From Christensenella sp. UBA1750 (GTDB taxonomy: Bacteria > Bacillota > Clostridia > Christensenellales > UBA1750), in contig DCHO01000065.1 in the NCBI GenBank assembly GCA_002315655.1, positions 3,161 through 67,160 on the forward strand: 64,000 nt of DNA, given 5' to 3'. Made by a program: the position numbers and the translations under genes. The notes below the pieces were generated by a model. That model saw only the letters and a list, made by a program, of their open reading frames with translations, was not told where the DNA came from and ran no database searches. Positions 28,578 to 37,747 of this stretch are shown here, in pieces. Numbering within the stretch: the stretch's first letter is position 1; each line of letters begins with the position of its first letter.

Positions 28578-29449
28578 CCTTTAATGCCTCCTCGAATAAC
28601 GCCTTCAAATATTTTTTTGCGGAACACAAAGAACACGATGATGAGCGGCACGGAAATGACCACCACAGAGGCCATCATTGCGGGAATGTTCTCGCGCCCG
28701 AAGCCGTTCTCGCGGATGTATTGGATGCCGTTGGAAACAAGGAAATAATTGTCGTCATCGGTGATAAGCCTCGGCCAGACATAGGAGTTCCAGCACTCGA
28801 TGACTTTGAGAATCACAATGGTGATGAGAATAGGCTTGGAGATGGGCAGCATTACCTTCCACAGATACTTGAAATCCCCCGTGCCGTCCACCTTCGATGC
28901 GTAGTACAACTCCTCCGGGATCTGTTGGAAGTGCTCTTTGAGCAGATACAGGTAGAAGATGGAAGTCACCGACGGCAGGATGAGTCCCGCAAAGGTGTTG
29001 CGCATTCCAAGGGAAGTTACGGTGACAAAGTTGGTGATCACCACCAATTCGTTGGGAATCATCATCAAAGACAGCAGCAGCGCAAACGCCAGATTCTTGC
29101 CCGGAAAATTGAGCCGCGCAAAGGCATACGCCGCAAGAATGATGACCAGAAGCATGAGAATCGTTGTCACCACCGTAAAAATGCAGGTGTTGAGCAGATA
29201 TTTTGCCAGCGGCACCTCAGAAAACGCATTGACATAGTTTCGATAAGTCGGATGCAGGGTGAAGAATTTCGGGGTGTATTCCGCATTGTACGCACCGTAA
29301 TCTTTAAGGGAGGAAAGCACCATCCAGTAAAAGGGGAAAAGTACGATGAGCGCCCACACTCCGAGCAGCAGATAGCGAAAAAAGTTCCAGATAAAGGAGT
29401 TGACCTTTACACGCTTCTCGATCCTGCGAAAATCATACGAGTTCTGCAT
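28574..29449 (-). CDS. carbohydrate ABC transporter permease (MalG/UgpE-like)
   Basis: Six predicted TM segments and an EAA-like loop (ELYYASKVDGTGDFKYLWKVMLP). Confidence 0.85.
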   Translation of the reverse strand: MQNSYDFRRIEKRVKVNSFIWNFFRYLLLGVWALIVLFPFYWMVLSSLKDYGAYNAEYTPKFFTLHPTYRNYVNAFSEVPLAKYLLNTCIFTVVTTILMLLVIILAAYAFARLNFPGKNLAFALLLSLMMIPNELVVITNFVTVTSLGMRNTFAGLILPSVTSIFYLYLLKEHFQQIPEELYYASKVDGTGDFKYLWKVMLPISKPILITIVILKVIECWNSYVWPRLITDDDNYFLVSNGIQYIRENGFGRENIPAMMASVVVISVPLIIVFFVFRKKIFEGVIRGGIKG

Positions 29450-29461
29450 ACGTCTCCTCCT

Positions 29462-30352
29462 TTAGTAATAGGTGTGCTTCCTGCTGACCATGAGGTTGAT
29501 CAGGGTGATGGTGAGCACGATGAAGAACAGCAAAATCGCCGCCGCCGAGGCGAAGGACGGGAATCCGCCGGAATCGCCGTAGAGCATATCGTAGATGTAG
29601 CCCACAATGGTGTTCATCTGCGCGGCATTTAGGTTTGTCCCGAACAGCGCCACCGCATCGGAATAGGCCTTGAACGCCCCGATGAAGCCCGTGATGACTA
29701 AGTAAGAAACCGTAGGCGAGATCATAGGCAGGGTGATGCGTGTGAAAATGCGGGTGCGGGAGGTACCGTCCACGCGGGCGGCGGAATAATAGGTCTCATT
29801 GACCGAGGCCAGCGCGGAGGTCAAGATCAGCACCTTGAACGGCAGCACGATCCATATCGTGTAGAAGCACAGCACGAACATCTTCGCCCAATATGGCCCG
29901 TCAATAAAGTCAACGGAGCCTGCTTTGAACCACGCCAGCATCAGATTGATGAGCCCGTCGGTGTAGGCGGTCTTTTTGAACAGAATCATAAAGACCAAGC
30001 CAACCGCCAAAGTGTTTGTAATGTAGGGCAGGAAATACACCGTCTGAAACAGGCTTTTGAGCCTTGGCGCAGAGGACAGCGCCAGCGCGATCAGCAGCGC
30101 AAAGGTCGTGGACAGAGGCACGGTGATGAGCACCAAGATAAACGTGTTCTTCACTGCCTGCAAAAAGTACGGGTCGTGCAAAATGTAGGAATAATTAAAA
30201 AAACCTATGCCGGAATAGCTCTGGGAGGCGAAATTGTAGCCCTCCTCAAAGGAATACACAAACACGTCCACCAGCGGATACAGCAGAAAGACAACGATAA
30301 ACACGAGAGCCGGCAGCAGATACAGCCAGCCCTTGAAGCTCTTCCGATTCAT
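29462..30352 (-). CDS. carbohydrate ABC transporter permease (MalF/UgpA-like)
   Basis: Six TM segments and an EAA-like loop (ETYYSAARVDGTSRTRIFTRITLP). Confidence 0.85.
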   Translation of the reverse strand: MNRKSFKGWLYLLPALVFIVVFLLYPLVDVFVYSFEEGYNFASQSYSGIGFFNYSYILHDPYFLQAVKNTFILVLITVPLSTTFALLIALALSSAPRLKSLFQTVYFLPYITNTLAVGLVFMILFKKTAYTDGLINLMLAWFKAGSVDFIDGPYWAKMFVLCFYTIWIVLPFKVLILTSALASVNETYYSAARVDGTSRTRIFTRITLPMISPTVSYLVITGFIGAFKAYSDAVALFGTNLNAAQMNTIVGYIYDMLYGDSGGFPSFASAAAILLFFIVLTITLINLMVSRKHTYY

Positions 30353-30364
30353 GCTCTGCCTCCG

Positions 30365-31453
<1,089 letters not shown>

Positions 31454-31516
31454 ACCTTTGATACTCCGATCTAAATCGCCAATGTGTACAGTATATCACA
31501 AAATCACTTGATTTCA

Positions 31517-31559
31517 GGCGAAAATACTTGTAAAATCTTATCGCTATTTTCGCCTTTTT
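31517..31559 (+). promoter_or_regulatory. terminator-like hairpin / palindrome in the divergent control region
   Basis: Perfect 10-bp arms GGCGAAAATA (31517-31526) / TATTTTCGCC (31545-31554), followed by TTTTT. No upstream plus-strand gene. Immediately followed by an extended -10-like TGCTAAAAT (31561-31569). Confidence 0.45.
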
Positions 31560-31575
31560 GTGCTAAAATATAGTT

Positions 31576-31598
31576 GTGTGAAAACGCTCATTTCACAC
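31576..31598. promoter_or_regulatory. perfect inverted repeat in the leader of the LytTR regulator gene
   Basis: GTGTGAAA (31576-31583) / TTTCACAC (31591-31598), separated by 7 nt. Confidence 0.45.
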
Positions 31599-31635
31599 TG
31601 TATATATAAATGTTACTCATCAAGGAGGCTCACTT

Positions 31636-32412
31636 ATGTCATTGCAAAAGCTCACCATCAAAAACATGGCTTCCTTTGTTTCTGACCTTATAACCGGGCT
31701 CTATTCCGGCACCCTGCAATATGATGAGAACCTGATCACGGAAGATTCCATCTGGCTCGGTGCCTACAGGGGACAGGTGCTGAAAGGGCGCGATGCCATC
31801 TCGGAAGCCATGGCCAAAAAAGAGCTGGTCGGTCAGGCGATCTTAGGTCCCATCTACACAAAAACAATCGTTTTGGGCAAAAAACATTGTGAGACGATTT
31901 CCGAATTTGACCGCACGCTCATTCTCGATAACGGCCAGCAGTCCATGGGACACGTCCGCATTCACGCCACCTGGGTCAAAAGAGTGCGCTGGCAGATCGC
32001 CGTCACTTCCGTTCAGTCTCTGATGGTAAGGGATGATTATCCGCAGGTCTTCGCCCTGCATACGCCTCTGACCCCGCCCTCCGAACAGAAGCTCATGCTC
32101 CGCGAAAAGGGAACGGACAACACCATCTTCATCCAGCCCTCGATGATTGAATGGGTCGAGAACGACTCCCACTATTCCACCATCCACATGAAGGACAAGG
32201 TCATCACCGTTGGCATCGAGCTGCGCGACCTTTACAGACGCTGCGAAGGCACGCTCATCCTCTGCCACGCCTCTTACCTCATCAATCCCATGATGGTCAC
32301 CTCCATCAAGCGCTTCTCCCTGACCCTGCAAAGCGGTGTAATCCTGCCCATCCCCGAAAAGCGCTATACCTCCGTCAAACGGCAGCTTCTGGAAATGACC
32401 AAAGGCAAATAA
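31636..32412 (+). CDS. one-component transcriptional regulator: NTF2/SnoaL-like N-terminal domain plus C-terminal LytTR DNA-binding domain
   Basis: The C-terminal about 100 aa match the LytTR pattern (IFIQPSMIEWVENDSHYSTIHMKDKVITV...LILCHASYLINPMMV...LQSGVILPIPEKRY). The N-terminus looks NTF2-like (HVRIHATWVKRVRWQIAVTSVQS). No receiver domain. AAGGAGG RBS. Confidence 0.75.
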   Translation: MSLQKLTIKNMASFVSDLITGLYSGTLQYDENLITEDSIWLGAYRGQVLKGRDAISEAMAKKELVGQAILGPIYTKTIVLGKKHCETISEFDRTLILDNGQQSMGHVRIHATWVKRVRWQIAVTSVQSLMVRDDYPQVFALHTPLTPPSEQKLMLREKGTDNTIFIQPSMIEWVENDSHYSTIHMKDKVITVGIELRDLYRRCEGTLILCHASYLINPMMVTSIKRFSLTLQSGVILPIPEKRYTSVKRQLLEMTKGK

Positions 32413-32434
32413 AGACGCTTTCCGCAACATACAA

Positions 32435-32476
32435 ACGAACCCCGAAGGTTTTCGCCCTTCAGGGTTCGTCTTTTTC
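32435..32476. terminator. intrinsic terminator between the convergent regulator and the SGNH gene
   Basis: 14-bp stem ACGAACCCCGAAGG / CCTTCAGGGTTCGT (one mismatch), followed by CTTTTTCT. Confidence 0.75.
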
Positions 32477-32510
32477 TATCTATATAACCAAAATTCACAC
32501 TTTGTATCGG

Positions 32511-33614
32511 TCAATCCTTCAAAATCCCGATGTTGCAGATTTCAAAAATCGTGCCCTTGTGCTTGCCGCCTGGGAGGGGCGGCAGGGTTTCCAGCTCAAA
32601 GGTATGTTCTCTGTTTTCCAGATTCTTTTCCAGCGTGATTTCCTTTGTCCAACCGAGGTCGGAGATCCAGTCGGGGCGCGGATAGCGCATTTCCTTCCAC
32701 TCCCCGCCGTCAATGCGGTAGCGGTAGTCCGCCGCCAGCCAGCCGAAGTTCGTGATTATCACAAGCCCGGTGCCTGTGAAATCGAAGTTCGCCTTTGCGC
32801 CCACAGCAGAAGTCGCCAGCACAAAGTCCACCTCGGTCAAGTCCATCATGTGCTTCATCATCCAAGGCCCCTTGCGGTTCACCTTGTTTAGTGGGTAGAG
32901 TTCCGCCCGCTCCCAGTTGTCCGCAAACAGGGACGCGGTGGTGCGGCACAGCCCGGTTGGGTTCTCGTCCGCAACCGCCTTTTTTAGCAATTCCACAACC
33001 GGTGCGGCGTAGAAACGGGAGCCTGTGTTGGCGGGGTGCAGCCCGTCGGGCAGCCATTCCTCCCAGCGGAGGGTGCCCGCCTTCGTGCAGTCCAGCGCAT
33101 AGGAGCTCATGAACACGGAGGAAATGCCGTAATGCTCCGCAAGCACTTCGTATTCCGCGATGGAATCGGGCAGCTTTCCTTCCAGCATATCCGGCAGGAA
33201 GTCGATACAATAGGTGTAGGTGATGACCAGATCAGCCTTGGTTTGATTCAGGAACTTGCGGATGAGCCCCTCGCGGCTGGCAGAACGCTCATCGGTGGGG
33301 ATGCCGGTGTCGTTGACGGCGTATTCCATGAAAATGAGGTCGCAGTCGTAGGGAATCAGGCGGCTTTCGCAACGCATCACCGCGCCCGCGGAGCCCGTCG
33401 CGCCAATGGCAATGTTCACCACGGTAAACGCCACATCGGGGTATGCCGCGACCAGCTCGTTCATCACATATTCCGGCCATCTCTGCCGCCCTCTGGGGTC
33501 GGTGATGGAGCCGCCGACGAAGCCCACCGTGGCCTGCTTTTTCTCGGTGATGGCCTTCTTAAAGTTTGACATATTACGGTAAATCAAGTAAGAAGAAAGC
33601 GGTTTCATGTTCAT
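32511..33614 (-). CDS. cytoplasmic SGNH hydrolase (putative carbohydrate de-O-acetylase) with a C-terminal beta-sandwich-like extension
   Basis: All SGNH blocks present: FVGGSITD (Ser), AIGATGS (Gly), EYAVNDTG (Asn), DGLHPAN (Asp-x-x-His). No signal peptide. 4-nt overlap with the activase gene. Confidence 0.75.
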   Translation of the reverse strand: MNMKPLSSYLIYRNMSNFKKAITEKKQATVGFVGGSITDPRGRQRWPEYVMNELVAAYPDVAFTVVNIAIGATGSAGAVMRCESRLIPYDCDLIFMEYAVNDTGIPTDERSASREGLIRKFLNQTKADLVITYTYCIDFLPDMLEGKLPDSIAEYEVLAEHYGISSVFMSSYALDCTKAGTLRWEEWLPDGLHPANTGSRFYAAPVVELLKKAVADENPTGLCRTTASLFADNWERAELYPLNKVNRKGPWMMKHMMDLTEVDFVLATSAVGAKANFDFTGTGLVIITNFGWLAADYRYRIDGGEWKEMRYPRPDWISDLGWTKEITLEKNLENREHTFELETLPPLPGGKHKGTIFEICNIGILKD

Positions 33615-34465
33615 TCTCCTTTTGCTGCACGGAACAGCTTCATAAATTCTTTTAGATCTTCCTCCGAAACGGACGAAAATTTCTGCATTTCAATCGCCAA
33701 TGCACGTCCCTTGTTGATGCCGAAGGTGTGATAGGGCATTAAGTCCACCCGCTCCACGGGCAGCTTGTTGACAAAATCGGCCATTTTGCCCATTTCCTCC
33801 ATCGTCCCGTTGCACTCCGGCACCACGGGAATGCGAATCCACATCCGCGCCCCTTTTTCGCTTAGATATGCGATATTCCGCAAAATCACCGCATTGTCCG
33901 CGCCCGTGAAGGCCTTGTGGATTTCGGGCGATAGAGCTTTCAAGTCCACTAAGAATAAATCGGTGTAGGGCAGCACGCGGTCTAAGGTCTCCCGCGGCAC
34001 ACACAGCGCGGTGTCCACCGCCGTGGAAATGCCGTTTTCTTTAAGGGCTTTGAGAAATTCTTCCGCAAAGTCGATTTGCAGCAGACATTCCCCGCCGGAA
34101 AGCGTCACGCCGCCGTCGTCGTAGTAGAAGGGTTCCTCTTCTTTTGCGATGGCCAGCAGCTCATCCACGGTGTATTCCTTCCCCATCAGCACCCGCGCCC
34201 GGTGCGGGCAGACCTCGGCGCATCTGCCGCAAGCCACACACTTTTCCTTATCCCGCAAAGCGTTGTGTTCGCACACGCGCTCACACAGCCCGCAGTGCAG
34301 GCACTTGTCGGCATAGAAAAGCATCTGTGTCCTTTTGTCCCAGCTTTCGGGGTTGTGGCACCATTTGCAGCGCAGGTTGCAGCCCTTGAAATAGAAGGTC
34401 GTGCGAATGCCGGGGCCATCTACAAAGGAGCCCCGGCTGATGTCAAATATCTGTGCCTTAATCAT
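33611..34465 (-). CDS. glycyl-radical enzyme activating protein (radical SAM)
   Basis: GPGIRTTFYFKGCNLRCKWCHNPE (CxxxCxxC), plus two ferredoxin-type clusters CLHCGLCERVC and CVACGRCAEVCP. I prefer the ATG at 34465 (MIKAQIFDISRGS...), which overlaps the GRE stop by 8 nt. The ORF-track start is 34501. Confidence 0.88.
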   Translation of the reverse strand: MIKAQIFDISRGSFVDGPGIRTTFYFKGCNLRCKWCHNPESWDKRTQMLFYADKCLHCGLCERVCEHNALRDKEKCVACGRCAEVCPHRARVLMGKEYTVDELLAIAKEEEPFYYDDGGVTLSGGECLLQIDFAEEFLKALKENGISTAVDTALCVPRETLDRVLPYTDLFLVDLKALSPEIHKAFTGADNAVILRNIAYLSEKGARMWIRIPVVPECNGTMEEMGKMADFVNKLPVERVDLMPYHTFGINKGRALAIEMQKFSSVSEEDLKEFMKLFRAAKGE

Positions 34466-36599
34466 CGTGTTCGTTTGCGCGGTAGCGGTGGATGATCTCA
34501 TCCTGCGTGCCGTCGTCCAGTCGGGTGAAGAAGCCGGAATAGCCCGTCACGCGGACGCGGAGGGAGCCGTAATCCTCCGGGGTCGCCTTGGCCTTTTCCA
34601 GATCGCCCGCCTTCAAATAGGTGGGCTGCAGCTGCAAGCCGCCCAAGCGGATGAAGGTCTCATAGATGCGCGCCAGCTTCTCCATCTTTTCGTCCGTGTC
34701 CGCCATGCGCTCGTCCACGGTGATATTGGTGGCGGTGGGGCCGATGAAGAAGGAATTGTCGATCTTGGAGACGGATTTTAAGTACGCGGTCAGGCCGTTT
34801 CTCTGCTTGTCGCGCCCCGCGCCCATACCGTCGGAAAGATATTCCCCGGCGTAGCGTCCGTTGGGGCACGCGCCGGTCATTTTGCCCATGGAGGTGTTGG
34901 CGTAGTTGTAGCCCACATAGGAGCCGAAGCGGAACACGCCGCTCTTTTTCGGCGTGCGCAGGGCACAGATTTCTTCCAAGGTGGAGACGAACCGCGCCGC
35001 GATCCCGTCGGCATAGGCAATGTCGTTGCCCCAGTAGGTGTTGACCGACATCATCTCCTGCCGCTCCTTCTCGTAGCCCTGCCAGTTCGCCTTGGTCATC
35101 TTGGCGATTTCCGACAGCTTGAAGCGTTTGTGATCGTAGACGAAATACTTGATGGCGATTAAGGAATCAATCGCGTCCGCAAAGCCGTTGCACGACCAGT
35201 TGGAGGTGGAATGCCGCTGTCCGCGGGCGGTCAAGGATTTCGCCTTGTCGATGCAGTCCTCGATAAAGACGGAGGTGACGACGGAAACATCCTTTTCGCA
35301 CTCATCATAGTAGGCATCCGCCAGATCCATCATCTTGAAAATATCTTCTTTTAAGCACAGGCGGTACTTTGCATAGTATTCGTCAAAATCCGCTAAGGCA
35401 TCCAGCGAAGTGTCAAAGCCGTCCAGAGAACGCTCCATGGCTTTCAAGGGATTGAAGAAGCCCTGCGAGCCGGTGTGTCCCTTGCCCACGATCGTCCACT
35501 CGTTGCATCCCACCATAGTGTAACCCACGGCATCCTCATAGGGAATGCCCATCTTGATGAAGGCGGGAATGCGCACATCGTCGTTGGTGAAAACGATGTT
35601 GGACTGTCTGCGGTTGAATTTGGCAATGGTCTTGAAGTGCTCATGGGTGGTCTTTTTGTTGACGCGCACATTGCACTGAGGCCGCCATGTGGGCAATTCT
35701 GCCATGGCCTCCATGCAGATGACGCTCATCTCATTGAAGCCGTCCTCGCCGTGCTCGTCATAGCCGCCGATGGAGAAGGTGGTGTCCGCGCTTCTGTGCT
35801 CGGTGAAGCCGCCGCCGGGACGGGAGGAGAAGGCCTTGACCAGCAGTTCCCCGATGAGCTCCTTCGCTTCCTCGTGGTCAATGAGCCCCTTGTCCAGATC
35901 GGCCTGATAGAAGGGATAGAGGCACTGATCCATGCGCCCCAAGGAATCGGGCAGGAGCAGCCAGAATGCCCAGTACGCCTGCACCGCCTCGCGGAAGTTC
36001 TCCGGGCGGTTCCACGGCACCTTGCGGCACATCGCCGCCAATTCCGCGCTTCCCTGCTTTTCGTATTCGTCCGCAACGTGCTCAAAATAGAGCTTAATGG
36101 ACTCCACCACATATTCCATGGCAGATAAGAACTTTTGTTGTTCCTCGTTTCCGATGTGCGCCCCCTTGGAGAAGGCGATGCGATCCAGATAGCCCTTGAC
36201 GCCGTGTTTCAGCATAAAGGGGAAGTTGGTGCAGAAGTGATCCCAGTCAAGGAAGCACACGGGCGAATCGGGAATGTAGTCGCTGTGCTTGCGGAAATAG
36301 GCCGTGATGTGGGAAAAGCCGATCTTCTGATACAGGTCAGTCGGCATCGCCACCACCACGTTTTCGGTCTGCTCCTTTTCGGAGTGATCCAGCGGAATGG
36401 CGTTTGCAAAGCGGAAGAACCCCGCCAGCTTTTCGCCCTTAATCACGCGCACGGGCTGGGACAGAATGTACTGCCGGAAAAACTTCGCGCAATCCATGGG
36501 GTCTTCAGGGCGCAAGCCCTGCGCCGGAACATACAGAGATGTGGGGAAAATGTCCTCTTTCAGGGCTCTGTTGGCAAGTGCCATCACTCGTTCATTCAT
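34458..36599 (-). CDS. glycyl radical enzyme, PFL2/dehydratase-like, unusually short (713 aa), substrate unknown
   Basis: C-terminal glycyl radical motif LRVRVTGYSGFF. Cys loop TMVGCNEWT (Cys-x-Glu). NFREAVQAYWAFW and GRMDQCLYPFY motifs. AGGAGGAG RBS before the ATG at 36599. Confidence 0.88.
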   Translation of the reverse strand: MNERVMALANRALKEDIFPTSLYVPAQGLRPEDPMDCAKFFRQYILSQPVRVIKGEKLAGFFRFANAIPLDHSEKEQTENVVVAMPTDLYQKIGFSHITAYFRKHSDYIPDSPVCFLDWDHFCTNFPFMLKHGVKGYLDRIAFSKGAHIGNEEQQKFLSAMEYVVESIKLYFEHVADEYEKQGSAELAAMCRKVPWNRPENFREAVQAYWAFWLLLPDSLGRMDQCLYPFYQADLDKGLIDHEEAKELIGELLVKAFSSRPGGGFTEHRSADTTFSIGGYDEHGEDGFNEMSVICMEAMAELPTWRPQCNVRVNKKTTHEHFKTIAKFNRRQSNIVFTNDDVRIPAFIKMGIPYEDAVGYTMVGCNEWTIVGKGHTGSQGFFNPLKAMERSLDGFDTSLDALADFDEYYAKYRLCLKEDIFKMMDLADAYYDECEKDVSVVTSVFIEDCIDKAKSLTARGQRHSTSNWSCNGFADAIDSLIAIKYFVYDHKRFKLSEIAKMTKANWQGYEKERQEMMSVNTYWGNDIAYADGIAARFVSTLEEICALRTPKKSGVFRFGSYVGYNYANTSMGKMTGACPNGRYAGEYLSDGMGAGRDKQRNGLTAYLKSVSKIDNSFFIGPTATNITVDERMADTDEKMEKLARIYETFIRLGGLQLQPTYLKAGDLEKAKATPEDYGSLRVRVTGYSGFFTRLDDGTQDEIIHRYRANEHDD

Positions 36600-36659
36600 A
36601 TTGGCTCCTCCTGATTTTCGTTGTATTCATCCGTGATTCTGTTGTCAATTTGGGTGAAC

Positions 36660-37691
36660 CTAAAGGGTTTCCTTCCAACAGGCAACCGCTTTTGCAAAGC
36701 CTTTTAAGTGGCTGTCGTTGTAGTTGTTCTCTCCGTCCACGGTGGGGCAGATGAATGCGCCCTCCTCGAACTCATTCCACGCAAAGGCGAGGATGCGATC
36801 CGGCACCACATTGTCTTTGTTCGCCTTGACCCAATCGGCCAGACGTTTTGCGCCCTCCACGATCTCTTCCTCACTGGCGGGCAGAGCGTAGGGCACATCG
36901 GGATAGGTCGTCCACGGAATCGGGTGATCGACCCTCGGCTGCGGGTTCCAACCCAATGTGAAGTGCGGCAGCACCGGGATGCCGTAGCCCTTGCGGTTTT
37001 CGTTGTACTGCAAATTGCAGTCGATAACCTCGCTGTACCTGGTCGTGTTCAGCGCGCAGCAGGCGTAGGCGCACACCGCGTCCGCCTTGGAATAGTCCTT
37101 GTTCGGGTCAATCTTGCTGCCCCCGCCGCCTTCCAGGAACACGATATACGGCTCCTTTGTGCCGTATTCCTGCGGGAAAGCGCGCATTTTGGCGATAAAG
37201 CCCTCCTGAAAGCCGCCGTAGAGATAGACAAGCGGGCGGCCGTCCACGGTCTCATAATAGCTCTGCTTCATCGCCTCGGCCAGACGCGCCATGTCGCTCT
37301 CCACAAAGGGATGCAGACAGATGAGCAGCGCACAGAGGTGGATTTTGTCCGCATACTTACTGGTTTGGTGCAGATAGCGGGCGTGGTTCAGCTCCCAGAC
37401 GGTGTGATCCACGTTGCCGGGCTTGCCCTTGTCCTTCATGTGATCGTCGGTGTACCAGTCGTAGGCCATGTAGTCAATTCCGGCGGCCATGGCCAGCTCC
37501 AGCTCCCTGTCCACATCGGCCTGCGTCTTCTGCCGGAAAGAGACCTTTTCGCCCTCCACATTGGCATAGAAGGGCGTCACATTCCGAAACTTTTTGTAGC
37601 TTAAAACGGATGTGGAATGAAAGCCGAAGTAAGTGTCCTCCGGCAGGGAATTGTCCCAGTTGATTGCGCCGACGCGCAGTTTGTCATTCAT
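36660..37691 (-). CDS. hypothetical cytoplasmic protein, glycosidase-like TIM-barrel (tentative)
   Basis: 343 aa, no signal peptide. AFAWNEFEEGAFICPT resembles the WNEWxEG motif of GH99-like/WbsX-like proteins. GAAGGAGAG RBS. The family call is weak. Confidence 0.45.
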   Translation of the reverse strand: MNDKLRVGAINWDNSLPEDTYFGFHSTSVLSYKKFRNVTPFYANVEGEKVSFRQKTQADVDRELELAMAAGIDYMAYDWYTDDHMKDKGKPGNVDHTVWELNHARYLHQTSKYADKIHLCALLICLHPFVESDMARLAEAMKQSYYETVDGRPLVYLYGGFQEGFIAKMRAFPQEYGTKEPYIVFLEGGGGSKIDPNKDYSKADAVCAYACCALNTTRYSEVIDCNLQYNENRKGYGIPVLPHFTLGWNPQPRVDHPIPWTTYPDVPYALPASEEEIVEGAKRLADWVKANKDNVVPDRILAFAWNEFEEGAFICPTVDGENNYNDSHLKGFAKAVACWKETL

Positions 37692-37747
37692 GGTGTTCTC
37701 TCCTTCAATCTTTTAAGTTCAAGCTGCCGCTCTCTCGAGCTTATGTT

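Noticed and set aside
31577-31597. CRP/FNR-type site (TGTGA...TCACA)
   Set aside because: The half-sites are separated by 11 nt rather than the 6 nt of the CRP/FNR consensus. It is kept only as a generic inverted repeat.
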